Part shown: piece by piece, positions 1-21,293 of the stretch
How the letters are laid out: every line of letters starts with the position of its first letter
Position numbering within the stretch: position 1 is the stretch's first letter
From: the human T2T-CHM13v2.0 reference genome, Homo sapiens
Assembly (NCBI RefSeq): GCF_009914755.1
Contig: NC_060944.1
DNA: 64,000 nt
Direction: 5' to 3' (one strand)
Translations under genes and position numbers: made by a program
The notes under the pieces: generated by a model
The model's input: the letters and a program-made list of their open reading frames with translations, nothing else
What the model was told of the DNA's origin: nothing
Database searches by the model: none

Positions 1-8
1 AACTCCCG
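1..8 (+). CDS. EYA2: EYA2 exon 3' end, truncated by window edge (...N-S-R)
   Basis: AAC TCC CG followed by GCAAGT donor; CG + G(911) = Arg, in frame with the next exon (PNCVNVLV). Confidence 0.8.
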
Positions 9-134
9 GCAAGTGGCAGCCCTCATTTTCCTCTGTGCCACTGAACTTTCTCGCAGTAGACAGTGGTGGCTCCTGCATGTCCACACTTGGGAGAATTGGA
101 CTCCTCAAACTCTCACTTGTACACTTTCCAAATA

Positions 135-428
135 TTTTTTTTTTTTGATATGGAGTCTCACTCTGTCGCCCAGGCTGGAGTGCAGTAGCGTGATCTCGGC
201 TCATCACAACCTCTCCCTCCCAGGTTCAAGCAATTCTCCGGCCTCAGCCTCCTGAGTAGCTGGGATTGCAGGTGTGCACCACCACACCTAGCTAATTTTT
301 GTATTTAGTAGAGATGGGGTTTCACCATGTTGGCCAGGCTTGTCTCGAACTCCTGACCTCAGGTGATCCACCCGCCTCGGCCTCCCAAAGTACTGGGATT
401 GCAGGTGTGAGCCACCACTCCCAGCCCA
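135..428 (-). mobile_element. Alu in the EYA2 GC-AG intron
   Basis: Full dimeric Alu consensus with poly(T) and aaatattt TSD. Confidence 0.95.
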
Positions 429-910
429 AATATTTAATAAAGCTTAAGTGCACAAGGCTCAGTGGATACCTTGGAGCATAGCTGAGCTAATAGCGGCAGA
501 GACTTTTCAGGGCCCAACAGGTTTCCAGGTTTCTGGATTCTCCCAAAAGATGAGAACTGGCATGCAGGCTCCAGCTTACTCTATTCCCCACCTCTCCCTC
601 TTGTCCTACACTTGTTCCATATCACTCATTTACATTACCCGCAACTATTTAAGTGTATGGCCCTTGCAATAAACATTTGCTTTTTATATAAGAAAAGTAT
701 TCCCCCCATACTACATTTCACTATGTCAGGCAGCTTCAGGCTTAAAAGAGAGGAACAGCCTGAGAATCCTTGGGCCCTAACATACCTGAAGATGACAGCC
801 ATAGCCTCCAAGCCTACCAGATTTCCCGCCAACTGCAGGCTCATGCAGCAAGAGGAGGCCTGGCCTTGTGGTCCCTCTGAGTTCTGATCCACAGTCTCCT
901 TTGTCCTTAG

Positions 911-1032
911 GCCCAACTGTGTCAATGTGCTGGTCACCACCACTCAACTAATTCCTGCCCTGGCCAAAGTCCTGCTATATGGCCTGGGGTCTGTGTTTCC
1001 TATTGAGAACATCTACAGTGCAACCAAGACAG
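911..1032 (+). CDS. EYA2: EYA2 internal exon, EYA (HAD phosphatase) domain: (R)[40 protein letters not shown](G)
   Basis: Pyrimidine tract + AG at 909-910, GT at 1033; peptide is the conserved Eyes-absent domain. Confidence 0.96.
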
Positions 1033-1249
1033 GTAGGGAGAAGCCACACCTCGGCGGGGATACAGGGTTGGAGGGTGGGGTTAGCTTTCCATCCTGGGAA
1101 TGGGGTGTTTAAGGAACATGACACCACAGAAATGGATGGAGTGTGCCTATGGCCATGACTCAGATTCCCAAAACAGCCCCCATAGACCACATGCCTTAAC
1201 CTCTGCTTCTAAAGAAATTGGTTAGGACCACAGTTTTCCAAAGTGTCTG

Positions 1250-1630
1250 TATGAGTTCAGATACAGGCAAAGCTGCTGTAACAAACACACCCCAAATGCA
1301 AGGGCTTGCAAAAGAGTCAAAGCTGATTTCTCCCTAGTAGAACAGACAGAGGTGAGTGATCCAGGCTGGTGGGGTGACCCTGTCCTCAGAGACATCCAGA
1401 AACCCAGGTCTCTCCCGTTTTATTTTTCCACCATTTCTTATGGTTTTATTCTCATGTATGGGGTCAAATCAGAGTCCTAGCCCATCCTCATTCTAGCAGG
1501 TCTGGTATTTGAAGGCCAAGCTCAGAAGGCTATGTACATTACATTCTACTCACTTCCTGTTAGCCCCAGCTTAGTCACGTGGCCACAAGTAGCTGCCAGG
1601 GAAGCTGGGAAATGTAGTCCATAGCTGAGT
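1250..1630 (-). mobile_element. MLT1-type MaLR LTR fragment
   Basis: gctgctgtaacaaa... and ttagtcacgtggccac...gggaagctgggaaatgtagt motifs. Confidence 0.6.
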
Positions 1631-2113
1631 GATTCATACTGTCACTCAATCTGGAATGCAGTGGCGAGATCATAGCTCACTACAGCCTCAAACTCCCAGC
1701 CTCAAGCAATCCTTCCACCTCAGCCCCCAAAGTACTGGGACTACAGGCATGAGCCACCGTGCCAAAATATTTTTAATTAGAAACCTTTTCCATTGTTTTT
1801 TCTCTAGAGCAAAAAATAAAAAAAATAAATAATTTATAGTACTTTGGCAGCATTTTCTTGGAGCAATTTTGGTTTTACTGAAGTTCTACGTCCAAACATT
1901 ATATGAAAGTGCCTTTTGATTTTAAAATTATAGTAGTAGGGGCCAAAATGGTTGTTGAAGATTTTTCAACAAGATCCTGTCTTTTCATTTTTCCCATTTT
2001 TCCTGCATACCTCAAGTACCTTTGCAGGTTTATTTCGAATCTCTTTTTTAAATAATATTTTTATTTTTAATTGTGGTAAAATTAAATAATGTAAAATTTT
2101 CACCATCTTAACC

Positions 2114-3040
<927 letters not shown>

Positions 3041-3386
3041 AGTGTCCAGCGCAGTGGCATCAAGTGCATTCAAATGGTTGTGCATCCATTGCCACTTCTA
3101 CATCGGACAGCTGCAGAGACTTGGGAGCCTGCTCTAACCCCTGCGCTGCCTCCTCCTGCTGTGTTGCCCTGGGCAAGCTACTGACCCTCGCTGTGTTTCC
3201 GGCTGTCATCATCCTTCATGTGGGGATGATAACAGGGCTCACCTCAGAAGTTTGCTCAAGAACGAAATGATGAATACCGGGCCTTTGGGAGCACAGCTGC
3301 AGGCACCAAGCTCTTAATGAGCGGGTATTGGCTGCAATCCGGGGTCCTCACAGAGCGTTTTTTCTTTCCTTCCTGTGTGCGTGCAG

Positions 3387-3487
3387 GGAAGGAGAGCTGC
3401 TTCGAGAGGATAATGCAGAGATTCGGCAGAAAAGCTGTCTACGTGGTGATCGGTGATGGTGTGGAAGAGGAGCAAGGAGCGAAAAAG
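3387..3487 (+). CDS. EYA2: EYA2 penultimate exon: (G)[33 protein letters not shown], with HAD motif GDGxEE
   Basis: CAG acceptor ending 3386, GTACTT donor at 3488, phase continuity with both neighbouring exons. Confidence 0.96.
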
Positions 3488-4508
3488 GTACTTCTTCCAC
3501 CTCTCAGACTGCGTTTTCCTGCTCTTTCGAGCACCCCTCGTGGTCTTCAAGGGCTCCTTCCATGATTTCCTCCACTCCCCGTGGCTGGCTGGGTCCTCCT
3601 TCCCAGGCTCCTTGCTTGCCAGTCCATTCCATTTGCAAATTGCAGAAGCATCCTGAGTAATTTCCTTCTACAAATCCCCCTCTCTGCCTCTGGCTGCTGC
3701 CCCTGGTAGCCCTGGATTGTTTCTGGGACAACTGTTCGGGAGCCTAGAGACGCTCCGGCAGGGCAGGCTGGTGGGGGGCCAGTGCACGTGCATGTGTTTT
3801 ATTTAATACTTACTGATCATATGTTCCAGCAACCCTTCCCAGTTAATAAAGACAGCATTAAGCTAATGAAAAAGAAAATCCTGCATTTGTGATCTCGGGC
3901 CCGTGAGGAGAGGGCAGGGGGTTCTGGTGGCCACATCTCTGTTCTTGGAAAAGAAACAGCTGCCAAAGTCCTGGGTCTGGATCTGTCAACAGCGCCCCAG
4001 AGAGGCTGCCACCCCCAACCCGGAGGCCTGGGAAGTGGATTGTTAATGTCACAGACCTTAATTAGGGGGACCTGGTTTCCCCCATCTCTGCCTGGCAGCA
4101 AATCCCAAGGAAATGCAAAAATGTTCAGGGTCTCAGCAGATGAAACCCAGAAGAAGAGGGAAGCCCTAGGGTCCTGGGAGAGGGCCCCGGGAGAGAGGAG
4201 CTTGGAAGGCTTTGCAGGCACTGTTCCCTCCACCTGGAAGGCTCCTCCCCTTTCCTGGGAGATGTAGTCTCTATTATCCGCCGCCATGAGCCCCGCTAAG
4301 AAATGGGAGCTGCTTCTGAGAGAGAAGGGGAGAAGTGATATTGAGGGGCAGCTGCCAGGGTCAGTCGCACTGGTGTGTGGCCAGGCTGTGGCTGGCATCT
4401 TGAGTTGCTGACCTAACCCCATGCCCTTCACCACCGTAACTTTATTGCTAACATCATCATTGTACTCAATCCTCCAAAAACTCCTACAAAGTGGGTATCA
4501 TTGCATCC

Positions 4509-7797
<3,289 letters not shown>

Positions 7798-8148
7798 AAG
7801 AACAAATTTTTAAAAAGGAATCGCTTTCCCATTGTGCAATTTAACACCATGTCAGTGCACCGCCTAAGACCACGCTGGTACCAACAGAGGCGAGAGGGTC
7901 AAACAGCAAACACGCTGGGCAGTGCTGGATAAGCCCGTCAGAGCAGGCTCTGAATAGAAATGGTTGGCCATACTGGTGGGTACTGGCCAGATGTGGGTCT
8001 GCCAGCAACATCAAGTGCCCCATAGTTTGGGAAGTCCCCACGTGCTAGACTTAACTGGGTTGACTTCTCACATGCCCTCTAACCACAGGCGTGGAACCCG
8101 GGGGCAGGGGCGGGGCCATAACCTTGTGGCTGGTGTTCTGTGTTTCAG

Positions 8149-8229
8149 CACAACATGCCTTTCTGGCGGATATCCTGCCACGCAGACCTGGAGGCACTGA
8201 GGCACGCCCTGGAGCTGGAGTATTTATAG
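8149..8229 (+). CDS. EYA2: EYA2 terminal coding exon: [26 protein letters not shown]
   Basis: tgtttcAG acceptor at 8147-8148, EYA-family C-terminus (LELEYL), TAG 8227-8229; absent from the ORF track. Confidence 0.96.
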   Translation, partial: HNMPFWRISCHADLEALRHALELEYL

Positions 8230-8940
8230 CAGGATCAGCAGCATCTCCACCTGCCATCTCACCCTCAGACCCCCTCGCCTTCCCCACCTCCCCACCGAGA
8301 ACTCCAGAGACCCAGATGTTGGACACCAGGAAGGGGCCCCACAGCCGAGACGACGTGTCCAGTGACCATCTCAGAAGCCGTCCATCAGTCCAAATGGGGG
8401 TTCTGAGAAGGAAAGTACCCAACATTGGCTTCGGAGTATTTGACTTTGGGGAAAAGGGCTGGCTCGGAGTCTAGACTCTTCTGTAAGACTCACAGAACAA
8501 AAGCAAGGAATTGCTGATTTGGGGGGTGCCTGGTGATGAGGAGGGGATGGGTTTGTCTTGTCTTCTTTTTAATTTATGGACTAGTCTCATTACTCCGGAA
8601 TTATGCTCTTGTACCTGTGTGGCTGGGTTTCTTAGTCGTTGGTTTGGTTTGGTTTTTTGAACTGGTATGTGGGGTGGTTCACAGTTCTAATGTAAGCACT
8701 CTATTCTCCAAGTTGTGCTTTGTGGGGACAATCATTCTTTGAACATTAGAGAGGAAGGCAGTTCAAGCTGTTGAAAAGACTATTGCTTATTTTTGTTTTT
8801 AAAGACCTACTTGACGTCATGTGGACAGTGCACGTGCCTTACGCTACATCTTGTTTTCTAGGAAGAGGGGGATGCTGGGAAGGAATGGGTGCTTTGTGAT
8901 GGATAAAAGGCATTAAATAAAACCACGTTTACATTTTGAA
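8230..8940 (+). other. EYA2: EYA2 3'UTR (end approximate)
   Basis: Repeat-free sequence between stop and poly(A) signal. Confidence 0.85.
8912..8921 (+). terminator. EYA2: EYA2 polyadenylation signal (overlapping ATTAAA/AATAAA)
   Basis: ATTAAATAAA followed ~20 nt later by a G/T-rich downstream element. Confidence 0.85.
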
Positions 8941-9948
8941 GTGGGGTAGGATGTGGTTACTTTATTACCACTCTTGAGGCTTCCAAATGTGTTGTCCTTT
9001 TTAAAGACTTTATCAGTTGCAGAAGAATAGAATCCAACTCACACTGGCTTAAGCCAAGAAAAATGGGGTGGGGGGAGGGAGGAAGGAGAAGAGGGAGAAA
9101 AGGAGGGAGGCAGAAAGGGAGGGGAAGAAGGACAAAGGGACAAGTGTCTCCAGGAACTTTAGGTGGTATCTGTCTGGATCCGGGTGGTCAAATGAATTTC
9201 TCTCATGTGGCCGTAATTCTCAGGCAGGCTGTTCCCTGTGTGGCAAAGACGGCTCTACGAGTCCTTCAGCAAAACCACACAGACAGAAAGAGACCACATT
9301 CTTCACCGTGGTGCAGCGAAAGCCTCAGGACTGTAACTCGTTGGCCAAATCTGAGGCTTAGGCAACTCACGGAGCTGGATTTAGGGTTGGATCCTGTCAC
9401 GAACAGCAAGTTGAACAAGCTGATCCTCCAAGGGAAAGAAAATCAGTGAGCTGTTATTCAAAGAATTGGGGGAATTGAGGGTCGGGCTGGAAAATGCAAC
9501 TGACTTCCGTTCTAATGGTAGGACTTCATTTCCCAGTGGATGGGACATGAGTGAAGGATCCAGTTTAAGGGGCAAGGAGGGAAATCTGGAGAAGTTCTGA
9601 AGACATCTGGAGCACTGCCACTACCCATAGTGGACCAGGCAGGACCTGGGTCTATCTGATTGGATGCTAAGCAGGAATATAGGCTCCTTCCTTATTAATG
9701 CTGGTAAAATCGTGGATTATCAGTCAGCTGACCCATGTCATGGGAGATGGAGATCTCTGCCACTGGAGTCTCAGAGCTAGAATCTCTGATGATTAGAAAA
9801 CTGTCACCGGCCAGGCATGGTGGTGTATGCCTGTAATCCCAACACTTTAGGAGGCCAAGGCATGTGGGTCGCTTGAGCCCAGGAGTTTGAGACCAACCTG
9901 GGCAACATGGTGAAACCCCGTCTTTACAAAAAATACAAAAATTAGCTA

Positions 9949-10113
<165 letters not shown>

Positions 10114-10239
10114 TCACTAAGGGTCAGATAGACTCCCTTACTAGACCCTGAGCTTCTCAGGGGGTAGGTACTGTTGGTTTCATCTCTATATCCACAGAAT
10201 CAAGCACAGAGCCTGACACAAAATAGAATCCCATTATAG

Positions 10240-10820
10240 ATGGCATAGAATGAAGGATGGAAATATGAATGGAACCACAGCCAGATGGATGATAATATGG
10301 GTGAATGGCCATTTGGACAAATGGATAAAATGGAGTGTTAAACAGTTGAGTACGTGGGTAGATGAATGGTTGGTTAGGTGATTAGATGATTAATTGGAAG
10401 GTGGGTGGGTAATTGGGTGACTGGAAGATGGATAGATGAATAAATGGATACCTACTTGGGATGACTAGATGGATAGTTGGATAAATCATGGGTATATGGA
10501 CGAACAGATAGATTATTGGATAGATGACCAGATCGATAACCAAGTAGTTGTGTGGTGACATGAATGAATAGATGGTGGTTTGGATGAGTGAATGGCTGGG
10601 TGGTTTTACGGAAATATGGATAGATGGTTAGGTGGGTGAGTTAGTGGATAAATGAGTGGGTTGTTTGGACAGGTAGATGGATGGAATGATTGATGGTTGT
10701 TGGTGGTTGATAATAATATTATGATGGATATGTGGACAGTTTAATGGGCAGGTGGATGGAAAGTTAAATGGAAATGAAGTGTGATGGTTAGATGGATAGA
10801 GAGTGGAATGGAAGTGAAGA
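10240..10820 (+). repeat. Degenerate (TGGA)n-like low-complexity tract
   Basis: Recurrent tggat/gatgg/tgaa units. Confidence 0.85.
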
Positions 10821-11475
10821 ATCTTTAGCATTGCCTAAAATACCTGAGTCAGCCTCACTAATATCTGTCAGCTTAGGTTTCTTCTAGAATGAGTGGAGGA
10901 GCTTTACTGGATAAGCTGACTTCTAGCTGGAGTGGATAATGAGACTAGAGTAGAGCCACCCAGTCACCAACCATCCACTGGTAGTCAGTGATGTGAATAC
11001 TCCTGAATCCCCCTGACTCCCCATTCTTTAGCACCCTTGCCACACAGGAACCCACTTATAATCATGATCTACCCATCTCTCCCTTCCTGCTACCATCAAA
11101 ACCTGCTGTCAGGGAAAATTCTGTTTAGGGTCCAACAAAGGGTAAATTACTTATTAAGAAAATTTTTTCTTTTAGTAGGATTTCATTAGAAACACAAGTA
11201 GAATTTCAGCCATGCACACAGGAGGTTTTGGGTGAAACAGATCTTCCCCTTGACCCTGAAATTAAACTACGTAGGTGATCAACTACTTTTTTGTTGTGAT
11301 GAGTCAATGTCAAAGACTAGTTCTGACAAAAGTTAGCAGTCCACAGTCTTTAAGGTAAGTGTTTTAACTTGAATTCCTTCTGGATGACTCAGAGCTTCTG
11401 CTGAGTAAGGATAGTATTTTTCTCATCTCTGTATGCTCATTGCCCATCACAGAGCCTGGCACAGATATGCCACTT

Positions 11476-11750
11476 AATGAATGTTGGATGGGTGAATGAG
11501 TAGATAAGTGGTGGATGGATGGATGGATGGATGGATGGATGGATGGATGGATGGATGGAGAGATGGGTGAATAGTAGATGGATGGATGGATGGATTAGTG
11601 GATGGTGGATGGATGGAGGGATGGGTGAATGAGTGGATGCATGGATGGATGTAGATGGATGGATGGATAGATGGATAGGTGAATGAGTGGATGGATGGAT
11701 GATAGGTGGACAGATGGGTGGTTAGGTGGATAGATGGATAGATGGATGAC
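11476..11750 (+). repeat. (TGGA)n microsatellite with a perfect core ~11512-11558
   Basis: Read directly from the sequence. Confidence 0.95.
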
Positions 11751-12422
11751 TGGGATTTCATGGTCCCAGGCTTCTAGACTTCACTGTTTCCCCAGCGGTG
11801 TCTTGCTGCTCTCCAGAACATTCTTAGAAGTAGAGTAACAGGACTATTCAAGACACACATACAAAAGCTTTTGGACTCTCAGAAGTCCAACCTTGACTCC
11901 AGAACTTCCTGAGCAGCCCAGCAGAAGGATAGAGACCCACAAAAGTGCCCAGGTTGACCTCAAGGATGAAAGAATTTGCATATCCAAGGGATTTAGAAGT
12001 CAGAGAGCTACCATTTGGATTTTTTCCATTGCAAATGACAGAAACACTATCAAAATGGCTTAAACAAAACAGAATTCATCTGCTCACTTGACTAAAAGAT
12101 TCAAGAATGAGTGACCTCAGACCCCTTCAAATGCAAAACTCAAGACCCATCTTTAAAATTCAATTTATTTCTCTGAATCCCTGGACTCTGTTTCCTCTCC
12201 TTTGGCTTCGTTTGTAGGCAACATCCACATTCTTAGAGTGGAAGCTGTGGAAGACGTAATCCAACAAAGATTTTCATGAGTAAAGCATTGCTTAATTTTT
12301 AAAAGATAACTGCCTAGGACAGATAATCAGGTTAAATGTATTATGTGAGTTAATGTCCTTTAAATATTTTGAGTTGTTTCTTCCTGAGTTACTTGCAGCC
12401 AAAAGCGCTCCAACTGATATAG

Positions 12423-14983
<2,561 letters not shown>

Positions 14984-16629
14984 CCTTCATTTCTTTTGTA
15001 TCCTTTTAAAGTTTCTTTATGGAAATATGACAATATATTTCTTATTTCTTCTTCATTGTTACACAAAGGGTGGCATGTGCCATTGGCTTTTTTTCACTTA
15101 GCGATGTGTTTTGGAAATAGATCCGGGTTATGCACAGGTCTGTTATTTACCAGGTGCTCGTTTCAACTTCTGGATGCAGAGGTGAAAATGAGCAGATGAG
15201 GTCCCGACCGTCACAAAGTGCAGGGAACCGGACTGAAAGCGGCCCTATTGACACTGGGAGGTAGCCTTTGCCGCCAGTCAGCTGGGTCCCACAAGAAAAA
15301 AGGTTTTCGCCAGCCAGGAGCAGGGAACCAGCACACACCCCAGGTACAGGCTTCATTCAGGCTTGAGCCACAATCTGTGTCCCCTTCCAAGATCTGCCTT
15401 GAGGTCAGCAGGAGAGGAGGGGTCGTATGAGCCTCCGCAGGGAGGGGAAGGTGGCTCTTGGAGGCCTACTTTAGCCAACTTCAAGAAGACCTGTTGAAAG
15501 GGGTCCCAAGAAGAACTTCTTGACAGAGATGGCAGTATCTCTCCAGGGAACATTCAGGGGCCATAAAGGGGTCTTGGTGCTTGCCCAGGAGGTAAAATAT
15601 TGAGGATCTTTTTGCTGGCTGAGATTTTAACTTTTAGGGCACACAGCATGGTACTGTTAGCTCAAAGAAGGAGGCTGCTTTCTTCCCCAGTACAGAGTCA
15701 CTTCAGACAGTGCCTGGAGTCCGGAAGCAAGCATTGGGCTGATGCAGTGCAGACTCCCCCGAAAAGCATTTGCTGTGGACTCGCTGGTCACCTCTAAGGA
15801 GGTGACACTTGAACTCAGACCAGTACAACAAGAAAGGCCAGGGACAGCATTCCAGGGAGAGGTGCAGGAAATACACGGTTCCAGGCAGGACAAAGGAAGG
15901 AAAGGAAGCCGGTGTGGCTGGAGGCCAAGGCCAAGGTCAGAGGGTGCGAGCATGATAGGGCGCAAGGGCAAGGCCCGGCCAGATGTCGTGGGACCCTATT
16001 CATTTTGGATTTTAAATTGTATTCTAAATCCAGTGACAAGATATCAGAAGGTTTTAAGCAGGGTGCTTAAAACCAATCAGGTTTTAAACAGGAGGGTGCT
16101 GTGATATGATTGATATTCTCAAAATCACCCTGGCTGCCATGGAAAGAATGGCTAGAAGGGGCAGGATGAAGCGTCTGGGCAAGGGATTCCTTCATACATT
16201 TTAAATTTTTTTTATTTTATAATTAATATAAAGTCTATTGCACAAATCTCAAATCTCAAGTATTTTTACGTATGATTATGCTGGGATAATTACAGCACCC
16301 AGATCAAGATGGAAAACGTTTCCAGGCAAAAGGCTGGCTCCCTCGCACCCCTGCCCAGTCTATATCCGCATTCCATGACTGTTCCGGTTCCTGTCGCTAA
16401 GGTAGTTTGGCCAGATCTAGAACTTCATATAAATGGACTCAGAGCGTAATCTTTGGTGCCTGGCTTCTTTGACTCAGAATGTTTTTGAGGTGTACCCATG
16501 TTGTGGCACGGACCTGTGGTTCATTCTGGCAAGAGGAGAATTCGCGTTAAAAACGATGGACCATTTTTCCCTAATATTTTGAGCCCCATGATGCAAGCTC
16601 AGCGCCCGAGAAGCTGTGCTCATCTGCAA

Positions 16630-16643
16630 CCACCAGGGGGCAG
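16630..16643 (+). promoter_or_regulatory. CTCF core motif CCACCAGGGGGCAG in a CpG-enriched intergenic patch
   Basis: Near-consensus motif match; binding not observable from sequence. Confidence 0.65.
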
Positions 16644-17615
16644 TGCGGCCCCACAGCTGACCCAGCCGCCCGCAGGTGCCACTTGAAGTGGGACCCGGAA
16701 AGAGCAATAACGCAAGCCTTCCGAGAAAGGATTCTCAAGGCGTCTGCTTTGGGCTGCGCCGGGCTACAGGGATTGCTCTGATGATACTGCAGCACCGTCG
16801 ACGATATGTTAGGCCCAAGAGGTCATGGTAAGGTGACCTTCTACAGTGACCATAGTGGTGGCCTCGGTTGACACAATGTCTATGCAGGAGGCAGATGGAC
16901 GCTGTGGTGGCCTCGAGAGTGGCCCAGCCACCTACAGGGCTGGGAAACGCTGTTCCTGCACTCTGCCCAGCTTTAGACATGGGCCGCGCCAGTGTTTAAT
17001 AATGTAATTGTAACAATGGCTTCAATTGTCTGGGAGAAATGTTAGGTTGGTAGGTTGGTTGGTTGGTTGGTTTGAGATAGGGTCTCACTTTGTTGCCCAG
17101 GCTGGAGTCAAGTGGTGCGACCGCAGCTTCCTCGACCTCCCAGGCTCAAGTGATCCTCCTACCTCAGCCTCCTGAGTAGCTGGGACTACAGCCGTGCACC
17201 ACCACACCTGGCTGAATTTTTTGTATTTTTTGTGGAGATTTTGCCATGTTGACCAGGCTGGTCTCAAACTCCTGGGCTCAAGCAATTCACCCACCTCAGC
17301 CTCCCAAAGTGCTGGGATTACAGGCATGAGCCACCGAGCCCAGCCGGATTTATTTTTATATCCTGAAGTTCATCTGAGAGTGATGATAATCCGGCTCTAG
17401 CCAAATGCTGATTTTATAATTCAACCATTTGGCCGTGTGCAGTGGCTTACACCTATAATTCCCAGCATTTTGGGAGGCTGAATCGGGAGGATCGCTTGAG
17501 CCCCAGAAGTTTGAGGCTGCAGTCACAATCACATCACTGCCCTCCAGCCTAGGTGACAGAGAAAGGCAAGACCATGTATCAAAAATCTCAAAAAAAGGCT
17601 GAAGCAGGTGGATCA

Positions 17616-18221
<606 letters not shown>

Positions 18222-19163
18222 TGACGGGGGAGCCTCTTTGCCCTTGCATCCCCTACCCAACTCCATGGGGATCTGGGCCCACAGAGACCTACCCACCTCT
18301 CCCTCAGCCCCTGAAGTCTACTGGCCCCCTTGTGGGGTAATAAGAAATGCATATTACATATTACATCAAGACCCAGTACAGCACATACATATGTGTGTGT
18401 ATAAATAGGAGTGTATGTATATCATGTATGTGTGTATAACTCAGTTTCACAAAGCAATGCTTACCAAACAACTGTGACACATTCTATAATTTTTCCATCC
18501 TGCTGTTTTTCAGTGATGCAGGTTCCAATCTGCAAAATCAATTTCACAACCCATGGATTGGAAACCACTGGTTTAGAACAAGGATTGGCACATAAGCTCA
18601 TCCAAGTGATTGTTTTTATAAGCCCCATTTAACAGAGGGTGAAACTGAGACTCAGGAGGTGTCGTGGCTTGCCTGTGATTCACAGCTGGAGGCGGGCAGA
18701 GCTGAGACTCCGATCCTGCACTCTCTGACTCAGGTTGCAAACTCTGGTCCACAGATACATTTTATTACTCTTCACATGATTTTTTTCATACTTTGACCCG
18801 ATTATATAAAACTTGGGTGATTTCACTCAAAATGTAAATTTTCAACTTCTCTAAAATTCAAGTGGATCCCTTGGCCTGCATTTGCACATGAGCAGCTAAA
18901 GCCATCCCATGGCCACCCCTGTGAGCTGACTCGGGGGCTCTCCAGGTTGACCCGTTCGCCACAGTCCTCACCATGCTGTGTTTTTTGTTTTTTTAATTTT
19001 TTTTTCTTTTTTTTGAGACAGAGTCTCGCTCTGTTGCCAAGACTGGAGTGCGGTGGCACGAGCTTGGCTCACTACAACCTCCAACTCCTAGGTTCAAGCA
19101 ATTCTCCTGTTTCAGCCTCCCGAGTAGCTGGGATTACAGACAGGCACCACCACACCTGGCTGA

Positions 19164-19379
<216 letters not shown>

Positions 19380-19849
19380 TAGTGGAGAAATATTTTTTCT
19401 GTCAAAAGTGGAAAAATAAAAACTAAACCAAAGGGCTTACATATTTCAAGAAAAGCAATGGTGGAACACGGTGGCTCACACCTGCAATCACAGTGCTTCG
19501 GGAGACTGAGGTGGGAGAATCATTTGAGCCCAGGAGTTTGAGACCAGGCCGGGCAATATAGTGAGACCCCCATCTCTACAAAAATAAATAAGTAACTGGG
19601 CGTAGTGGTGTGCACTTGTGGTCCCAGCCACTCGGGAGGCTGAGGCAGGAGGATGGCTTGAGCCCAGGAGGTCGAGGTTGTAGTGAGCTATGATTGTGCC
19701 ACTTTGCAGTGAGCTATGATTGTGTCACTGCACTCCAGCCTGGGCAACAGAGGGAGACCCTGTCTCAAAAAAAAAAAAAAAGATTAAAAAAATGCACAGA
19801 TTATTCAAACACGTGTTTTTGTTGTTATTGTTGTTGTTTGGTTTTTGGT

Positions 19850-20701
<852 letters not shown>

Positions 20702-21077
20702 TCTAACATGTTTACTATACAAAGAAAGCATATCTATGTCAGTGTTACCCCAGCCTGTTTCCCTAGCTTATATCCCCTGCCTGGGTCCTGGGAGCAAACC
20801 CCAGCTGAACTCACTACCCTATGTCTACGTCTTGTCTCTTTTGTCCACAGTTGTGTCCCCAGCACCTGAAACACAGCCCAGTGAAGAGTAAGTCCCTAGT
20901 TAATAATTAACTTGTGGCTTTTATACAAAAGTTTCTCCAATGATGACAAAGATATAGTCATGGTTAAGAGCAGGCATTTTTTGGGCGGGGCGCGGTGGCT
21001 CACGCCTGTAATCCCAGCACTTTGGGAGGCCGAGGCGGGTGGATCACAAGGTCAGGAGTTGGAGACCAGCCTGGCTA

Positions 21078-21293
<216 letters not shown>

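Noticed and set aside
3817-4434. 205-aa antisense ORF in an EYA2 intron
   Set aside because: Non-ATG start, no recognisable domain, GC-rich chance ORF
11474-11761. His/Pro/Ser/Ile-rich ORF
   Set aside because: Translation of the (TCCA)n microsatellite
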